Below, in pieces: positions 58,509-64,000 of a stretch of DNA of 64,000 nucleotides. The position numbers and the translations under genes are program-made. Under the pieces are notes generated by a model. It made no database searches, had not been told where the DNA came from, and was given only the letters and a program-made list of their open reading frames with translations. Every line of letters begins with the position of its first letter. Positions within the stretch are counted from its first letter, which is position 1. This DNA comes from Spirochaetia bacterium (GTDB lineage Bacteria > Spirochaetota > Spirochaetia > SZUA-6 > Bin103), in NCBI GenBank assembly GCA_965203905.1, contig CBDBDQ010000005.1, positions 3,168,001 to 3,232,000 on the forward strand, given 5' to 3'.

Positions 58509-59789
58509 TCAGTCCTGGGGGCGGCGGCTGCCGTGGCTGAGGCGGCCGGTGGGGCCGTAGAAGGGGTCGCCGGGGTCCAGCGGCAGGGAAACCGGGCGCC
58601 GCTGCTCGGCGGAGCTGTACATGGCGCGCACCAGCTCGACGTGGTGGCGTGGCGCCTCGATCGGGACCAGTGGCTCGCTGCCCGTGGCGATGCACTCGAG
58701 GAACAGCCGACTCTGGTACGCCTCGGTGGCGCGGGCGGGGACGTCCGCGACTCCGTTGCGGAGATCCTCCAGCCGCTGCAGGGCGCTGTCGTCGCCGCTG
58801 CCGAACCTGCCCGCTTCGCTGGAGCCGAAGCTGGCGTCCGCTTCCCAGTAGCGGTCGCGGCCCTGGAACGGGCTGGCCGGCGGCGAGAAGTAGGCCTCGC
58901 CCACCAGCAGCGAGGCGTCGTGGCCGAGAATCTCGAAGCGTCCCTCGGGTGTCAGCGGCTGCTTGTGGTTGAGCAGCGATGCGTGCAGCATGCCGCCGGC
59001 GCCGTTGGCGAAGCGCAGCAGCGCCTGGGTCAGGCTCTCGGTCTCGAGGCGGCGGAGTTGCGGCGCGGCGTAGGCGAACACCTCCACCACCGGCGAGCCG
59101 ACCACCCACAGGAACGGGTCGATGATGTAGCGACCGTGGTGGAAGGCGGCGCCGCCGCCCTCGCCGTCCCAGGTGCCGTGCCAACCGCGATAGTAGCCCT
59201 GGCCCCGGAACCAGTTGAGCTCCACCCGCGCGCTGCCCATCGTCCCCAGTGCGCCGCTCTCCACGGCCCGCCGTGCCAGCACCATGTCACGCGGGTAGCG
59301 GGCCCCGCACTGCGAGTGGAACTGCACGCCGGCGGCCCGCACCGCGGCCACCATGGCATCGGCGTCCGCCAGGTTGGTGGCCATCGGTCCCTGGATGAAG
59401 ACGTGCTTGCCGGCCTCGGCCGCGGCCACGGTCGGCTCGCGCCGCACCGGCGGCGCGGTCAGCACCACCAGCGCGTCCACTTCCGCCTCGCGCAGCAGGT
59501 GCTCGTGGTCGCGGTACCGTGGGACCGGCGCCGCCGCCGCGGTGGCCGCCGCCCGCTCCCGCCGCTGCAGCCGATCGCGCGCCGCCTCGTCGCGCGTCTC
59601 CCTGGCCGCGTAGCGGGCGGCGTGGGCCTCGGCCGCGTACGCCTCGCGCATGGCGGCGGCGCGGTTCGCGGCCAGCTCGGTCACCGGATCGGCCACCGCC
59701 ACCACCTGGGCGATGTCCACCAGCTCGGCGTACAGGTCGCAGTACATCCTTGAGATGCCGCCGCACCCCACCATGCCTACTCGTACCAT
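58509..59789 (-). CDS. Gfo/Idh/MocA family oxidoreductase (divergent)
   Basis: GMVGCGGI, GKHVFIQGPM, GTWDGEGGG. Confidence 0.88.
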   Translation of the reverse strand: MVRVGMVGCGGISRMYCDLYAELVDIAQVVAVADPVTELAANRAAAMREAYAAEAHAARYAARETRDEAARDRLQRRERAAATAAAAPVPRYRDHEHLLREAEVDALVVLTAPPVRREPTVAAAEAGKHVFIQGPMATNLADADAMVAAVRAAGVQFHSQCGARYPRDMVLARRAVESGALGTMGSARVELNWFRGQGYYRGWHGTWDGEGGGAAFHHGRYIIDPFLWVVGSPVVEVFAYAAPQLRRLETESLTQALLRFANGAGGMLHASLLNHKQPLTPEGRFEILGHDASLLVGEAYFSPPASPFQGRDRYWEADASFGSSEAGRFGSGDDSALQRLEDLRNGVADVPARATEAYQSRLFLECIATGSEPLVPIEAPRHHVELVRAMYSSAEQRRPVSLPLDPGDPFYGPTGRLSHGSRRPQD

Positions 59790-59817
59790 GGGCGCTCCTC
59801 CGGACTCGGTCGTCCCG

Positions 59818-60942
59818 TCAACCCTCCGCCAGCCAGGCCGCGTAGGGATTCTCGCGGTTCACCAGCGGAAAGCTGACCCGAGTGCCGAGGCGGTTCGACT
59901 CGTGCACCGCCATGATCATCTCCAGGGTTGCGCGCGAGTCGGCACCCGAGGAGACTTCCCGGATCTCGCGATCGTCGTCGATCGCGGCCAGCAGCTCGTT
60001 TATGATGATGAGGTTGCTGGCCAGGCCGCTGTTCTGCCGCTCCCATTCGGGAATCCGGATTCGCTCCCATGGCCGGGTCTCGGTGTCCGGTATCCACAGG
60101 TCGTGACGGTGCAGGTACAGCTCCCCACCCGGCGAGTTGCGCACCGAGACGATGCCCTTGGTGCCGTACACCTCGAATCCCAGGTAGCGGTTGTGATCGT
60201 TCGCCTCCGCCGGGAAGCCCTGGAACGACTCGTAGTGGGCGGTGAGGCCGTTCTCGAACACGTAGTAGCCGGCCACGCGGTTGCCGGCCAGCAGGCCAAC
60301 ACCCTCGTCACCCTCCTTGATGTCCGCCTTGGTGACGGGGCGTCCGTCCTGCGTCACGTGGCCGTGGGCCCAGGCCACGTCGCTGCCGGCGACGTAACGC
60401 ATGCCGTCCAGGATGTGGGTGCCGAGGATCATCAGGTCCAGCGACCCGGCGCGGTGGTCGCCCTTGCCGTGCCCGCGCAGCACCTGGATCTCGCCGATCG
60501 CGCCGGAGTCGACGACCTGCTTGAGGCGCTGCTCATGCGCCGCCGCGCGCCGGTGTGCCACCACGACCCGCACCCCGTGGCGGTCGCAGGCGTCCATCAT
60601 GGCGTCGGCGTCGGCCAGCGTGGCGGCGAACGGCTTCTCGCAGAAGATGCCCTTGACCCCGGCCTCCGCCGCGGCCACCACCATGTCGCGGCGCTGATCG
60701 GTCCAGCGCGGGCATACCGCCACCACGTCGAGCCGCTCGCGGCTCAGCATCTCGCGGTAGTCGAGGTAGTGGTTGTCGGCCCCGAACCGGCGCGCCGCCT
60801 CGGTGCCCCCCGCCTGATCCGCATCCGCGACCGCGACTACCGGGGTGCGCTCCAGGGCGACAAAGCCATCTCCCAGACCGTGGCCGTAGTTGCCGCGGCC
60901 GGTGGCGCCGATGACCCCGGCGCGCAGGGTTGTCTCGCTCAT
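59818..60942 (-). CDS. Gfo/Idh/MocA family oxidoreductase
   Basis: GATGRGNYGH, CEKPF, GKGDHRAG, LGTH. Confidence 0.92.
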   Translation of the reverse strand: MSETTLRAGVIGATGRGNYGHGLGDGFVALERTPVVAVADADQAGGTEAARRFGADNHYLDYREMLSRERLDVVAVCPRWTDQRRDMVVAAAEAGVKGIFCEKPFAATLADADAMMDACDRHGVRVVVAHRRAAAHEQRLKQVVDSGAIGEIQVLRGHGKGDHRAGSLDLMILGTHILDGMRYVAGSDVAWAHGHVTQDGRPVTKADIKEGDEGVGLLAGNRVAGYYVFENGLTAHYESFQGFPAEANDHNRYLGFEVYGTKGIVSVRNSPGGELYLHRHDLWIPDTETRPWERIRIPEWERQNSGLASNLIIINELLAAIDDDREIREVSSGADSRATLEMIMAVHESNRLGTRVSFPLVNRENPYAAWLAEG

Positions 60943-61022
60943 CTCGTGACAGAGGGTAGCCGGGTAGGGCGTCTCGTGTACACGCAGCTCCGCCGCAGCC
61001 GGCACGTGCTACCATGGCGGCC

Positions 61023-61322
61023 ATGGGTCAGTGTCACTCCTGCGGTGTCGAGCTGCCTGCCGACCTGCCGATCTTTCGCGAGACCGAGTGCCCCGACTGC
61101 AGCAAACCGCTCAAGGTGTGCCTGAACTGCACGTTCTACGAGCGCGGCGCGCAGTGGGACTGTCGCGAGACGATCGCGGAACCGGTGCGGGAGAAGGATC
61201 GCGCCAACTTCTGCGACTACTTCCGCCTGCGCAGCGGGCCACGCGCCGGCGGTGGCTCGGCAGGAGCGGAGCAGCGCCGGGCGCAGCAGGCACGCAGCGA
61301 CTTCGACAAGCTGTTCGGGTAG
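61023..61322 (+). CDS. Small Cys-rich (zinc-binding) conserved protein
   Basis: CHSC, CPDC, CLNC, C.E, RANFCDYF. Confidence 0.85.
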   Translation: MGQCHSCGVELPADLPIFRETECPDCSKPLKVCLNCTFYERGAQWDCRETIAEPVREKDRANFCDYFRLRSGPRAGGGSAGAEQRRAQQARSDFDKLFG

Positions 61323-61371
61323 CGCCCCACAACCGCCGCCGGTCGTGCCGTGGTCGGCGGGTCGGGAGCTC

Positions 61372-62121
61372 TTACGGGCCAGGCGCCTCCATCCGCGCCT
61401 GGTGCAGCGCCAGGGCCAGGCCGGCGTAGTCGCCGAGCCCCTGCGGCGCGTAGCCGAGGGATCGCGCGGCCCGGTCCCCGTACAGGCAGGCCATGACCGT
61501 GGGCCGGTCGCGCCGCGCCAGGAGCGGTTGCAGCACCTGCCGCGTGTAGGCCAGCTCGTCGCCATCCAGAGCCGGCTGCCGACACCCCGCCCGGGCCATC
61601 GCATACCCCTCCTGGGCCAGCATCTCTCCCAGCGACAGCGCCTCTCCGTGGGCGAGCAGGTAGGCGGCGCGATGCACCACCGTGGCAGCTTCCTCCCGCA
61701 CCCGGGCGCGGGACGGCGGATCTGCGGTCCACACCGTTGCCGTCAGCCAGCCGCGGGAGAGCAGCGCCCCGGTTTCGAAGCGGTTCGTATAGTCGTTGGT
61801 ATAGCGGTTGGTCCAGCCGCCCCCGGCGTCGTCCACCACCACCAGGGCAGCCCGAAAGCTGGCCGCCACGGCGCGCTGCACGTCCGCGGCCCGCTCCACC
61901 GCCTGCCTTGCAACGGCGTCGGCGTCCATGCTCAGCAACTCGTCGATGAGCCGAGGGACATGCTCCTTGCCCATCGGGTTCATGTTGACCAGCGGCAGCC
62001 GCAGGTCGCGCGTGTGCGGGTCGATCATGGTGTGGAGATAGGCGCGGAACCGGTTTCCGCCGCGCGGAATCGTATACAGGTCGCGTTGCACCTGCAGCAG
62101 CGGCACGTATTCGAGCAGCAT
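61372..62121 (-). CDS. Conserved hypothetical protein
   Basis: Coding-like frame with PLL..QRDLY, NPMGKEHV, DD..GGWTNRY, QEGYA, LYGD. Confidence 0.8.
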   Translation of the reverse strand: MLLEYVPLLQVQRDLYTIPRGGNRFRAYLHTMIDPHTRDLRLPLVNMNPMGKEHVPRLIDELLSMDADAVARQAVERAADVQRAVAASFRAALVVVDDAGGGWTNRYTNDYTNRFETGALLSRGWLTATVWTADPPSRARVREEAATVVHRAAYLLAHGEALSLGEMLAQEGYAMARAGCRQPALDGDELAYTRQVLQPLLARRDRPTVMACLYGDRAARSLGYAPQGLGDYAGLALALHQARMEAPGP

Positions 62122-62132
62122 GGTGGCGGCCT

Positions 62133-62142
62133 GTAACGTTAC
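62133..62142. promoter_or_regulatory. Perfect palindrome, possible operator
   Basis: GTAACGTTAC between divergent genes. Confidence 0.35.
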
Positions 62143-62197
62143 GGATTCTTAACCCGGCGTTCAAACCACCTTCAATCGCGGGTGAGAAGCTCACAGC

Positions 62198-63025
62198 ATG
62201 GAAGATGGAGCGTTAGCGAGTTACCTCGCGGATCTCAAGCGTCACCCGCTCCTGACCCGAGAAGAAGAGACGCGCTACGCGCGCGCCGCGCGGGCCGGCG
62301 ACCAGGTGGCCAAGGAGAAGCTGATCAACAGCAATCTCCGGTTCGTCGTCAACATCGCACGCCAGTATCAGCACCGCGGCATCCCGCTCGCCGATCTGGT
62401 CAGTGAAGGGAACATCGGGCTGCTCAAGGCGGCCGAGAAGTTCGACCCTGAACGAGGATTCCACTTTACCACCTACGCGGTCTGGTGGATCCGGCAGGCG
62501 ATCCTGAAGGCGCTGGAGGCGAGTTCGCGCACGATTCGGCTGCCGGCCCACGCCGCGGGCATCGTCGAGCGCATCGGCTGGGCGCGGACCGAGCTGAGCG
62601 AGCGCCTGAGCCGGGAGCCCAGCGTGCACGAGATCGCCACGTTTCTGGACCTTCCCCCGCAACGGGTTACCGAGCTGCTGGCCGTGTCGCGCGAACTGCT
62701 GTCGTTTGAAGCGCCGGCGTTCGACGACGGGACGGCGGCCCAGCTCGGTGACGCGGTGCGCGCCCCGGGCCGCTTACCCGAGGAAGAGGCGATGGCGGGC
62801 GTCCTCAAGGCGGACATCAACCACGTTCTGGACAGCCTGTCGCAGCGGGAGTCGGACATTTTGCAGAGTCGTTTCGGTCTCAACGGCCGCAAGCGCCTCA
62901 CGCTTACCGAGCTCGGACGGCGCTACCGTCTGACCAAGGAGCGCGTGCGCCAGATCGAAAAGCGCGCCTTGCAGCAGCTCCAGGTTTCGCTGCGGGTGCG
63001 CGTGCTGGAGGGCTACCTCGACTGA
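62198..63025 (+). CDS. RNA polymerase sigma-70 factor (RpoD/RpoS-like, no region 1.1)
   Basis: NLRFVV, EGNIGL, FTTYAVWWIRQAI, TKERVRQIE. Confidence 0.94.
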   Translation: MEDGALASYLADLKRHPLLTREEETRYARAARAGDQVAKEKLINSNLRFVVNIARQYQHRGIPLADLVSEGNIGLLKAAEKFDPERGFHFTTYAVWWIRQAILKALEASSRTIRLPAHAAGIVERIGWARTELSERLSREPSVHEIATFLDLPPQRVTELLAVSRELLSFEAPAFDDGTAAQLGDAVRAPGRLPEEEAMAGVLKADINHVLDSLSQRESDILQSRFGLNGRKRLTLTELGRRYRLTKERVRQIEKRALQQLQVSLRVRVLEGYLD

Positions 63026-63044
63026 TCCTCCCGGCGGCGCTCGC

Positions 63045-63242
63045 TCAGCGCCGCCGCAGCCGCGCATCGAGCACGGCTATGGCGCGCCGCAGCACCGCCT
63101 TCTCCCGCCCCACCCGCTGGTCGAGCTGGTTCAGCAGCCGCAGCCGCAACTCTGCCAGTTCCCGGTCACGCCGTTTCCGGCGGCAGCGTTCGTCTGGCTT
63201 CGGCACCGCCCAAAAATAGCGCGGTTGTTCACCGCGGAACAT
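63045..63242 (-). CDS. Possible small basic helical protein
   Basis: 65-aa ORF from ATG 63242 filling the gap between the sigma factor and msrA; no family recognised. Confidence 0.4.
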   Translation of the reverse strand: MFRGEQPRYFWAVPKPDERCRRKRRDRELAELRLRLLNQLDQRVGREKAVLRRAIAVLDARLRRR

Positions 63243-63342
63243 AATTGTACCGATGAATACATTGATGTAGTGTGGCCGGAAGTCGGCCGCGTATGACGGG
63301 ACGAGAACGACGCCGCGAGGTGGCGGATTTCGGAAGTTGGCC

Positions 63343-63879
63343 ATGAAAGATAACGAGTTGGGGCAGGCCGTCGCCACCCTGGGCGGGGGCTGTTTCTGGT
63401 GCGTGGAGGCGGTCTACCTGCGCGCGGGCGGGGTGAGCAAGGTGGTGTCCGGCTACGCCGGCGGCAACACCGCCGACCCGACCTACGAAGCGATCTGCAG
63501 CGGTCGCACCGGTCACGCCGAGGTGGTGCAGGTAACGTTCGACGCCGCGGTGGTGAGCTACGAACGGATCCTCGATCTGTTCTGGCAGGCCCACGATCCC
63601 ACGACACTGAACCGTCAAGGCCACGACGTGGGGACGCAGTACCGCTCGATCATCCTTACCCATGACGACTATCAGCAGCGCAGTGCCGAGGCGTCGCGAG
63701 ATGCGGCGCAGGTGCGGTTCCGGCGGCCGATCGTCACCGAGATCGAGCCGCTGCAACGGTTCTATCCGGCCGAGGATTACCACCAGGACTACTTCGCGCG
63801 CAATCCCCGCGCTCCCTACTGCCGCTACGTCATCGTGCCCAAGTTGAACAAGCTGGCGCGCAAGGGACCGGTGGGCTGA
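63343..63879 (+). CDS. msrA: Peptide methionine sulfoxide reductase A
   Basis: GGGCFWC, TGHAEVV, HDPTTLNRQG, AEDYHQDY. Confidence 0.96.
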   Translation: MKDNELGQAVATLGGGCFWCVEAVYLRAGGVSKVVSGYAGGNTADPTYEAICSGRTGHAEVVQVTFDAAVVSYERILDLFWQAHDPTTLNRQGHDVGTQYRSIILTHDDYQQRSAEASRDAAQVRFRRPIVTEIEPLQRFYPAEDYHQDYFARNPRAPYCRYVIVPKLNKLARKGPVG

Positions 63880-63885
63880 ACTGCC

Positions 63886-64000
63886 ATGCGCCGCCGCAAC
63901 ATCGGGTTCGTTTCCTTCCGTTTCGCCGGCACCGACGGCGTGTCGCTGGAGACCTCCAAGTGGGCCACGGTGCTGGAGCGCATGGGACACCGCTGCTACT
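63886..64000 (+). CDS. GT4 glycosyltransferase, 5' part only
   Basis: Manual translation [35 protein letters not shown]. Confidence 0.8.
   Translation, partial: MRRRNIGFVSFRFAGTDGVSLETSKWATVLERMGHRCY

Overview
High-GC bacterial chromosomal window with about 60 CDS. I saw no rRNA, tRNA or CRISPR array. The backbone is carbohydrate/sulfate catabolism: five Gfo/Idh/MocA oxidoreductases, two sulfatases, UxaE, a gluconolactonase, an aldo/keto reductase, DUF4432, DUF2961, two PL11-like propellers and a Dpp/Opp-type ABC importer. It also carries housekeeping genes (fabF, prs, msrA, a sigma-70 factor and a MoxR/DUF58 module). The gene mix suggests a high-GC Spirochaetota-like, possibly host-associated organism (inference only). 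Small, mostly lower-GC conflict cassettes are scattered singly through this backbone: a STAND-like ATPase at the left edge, an RloA/RloB (AbiL-like) pair, a class II Fic gene with tandem operators, Uma2, a DUF262 + HEPN pair beside an IS21 scar, and two gene pairs whose second member survives only as a C-terminal stub. There is also an isolated CI/Cro-like switch with a four-site operator array, whose S24 domain lacks both the Ala-Gly site and the catalytic Lys. The best candidates for an undescribed system are the DUF262-HEPN operon (38.2-39.8 kb) and the orphan, apparently non-inducible CI/Cro module (51.5-53.0 kb). All family calls come from motif recognition by eye; no searches were run.
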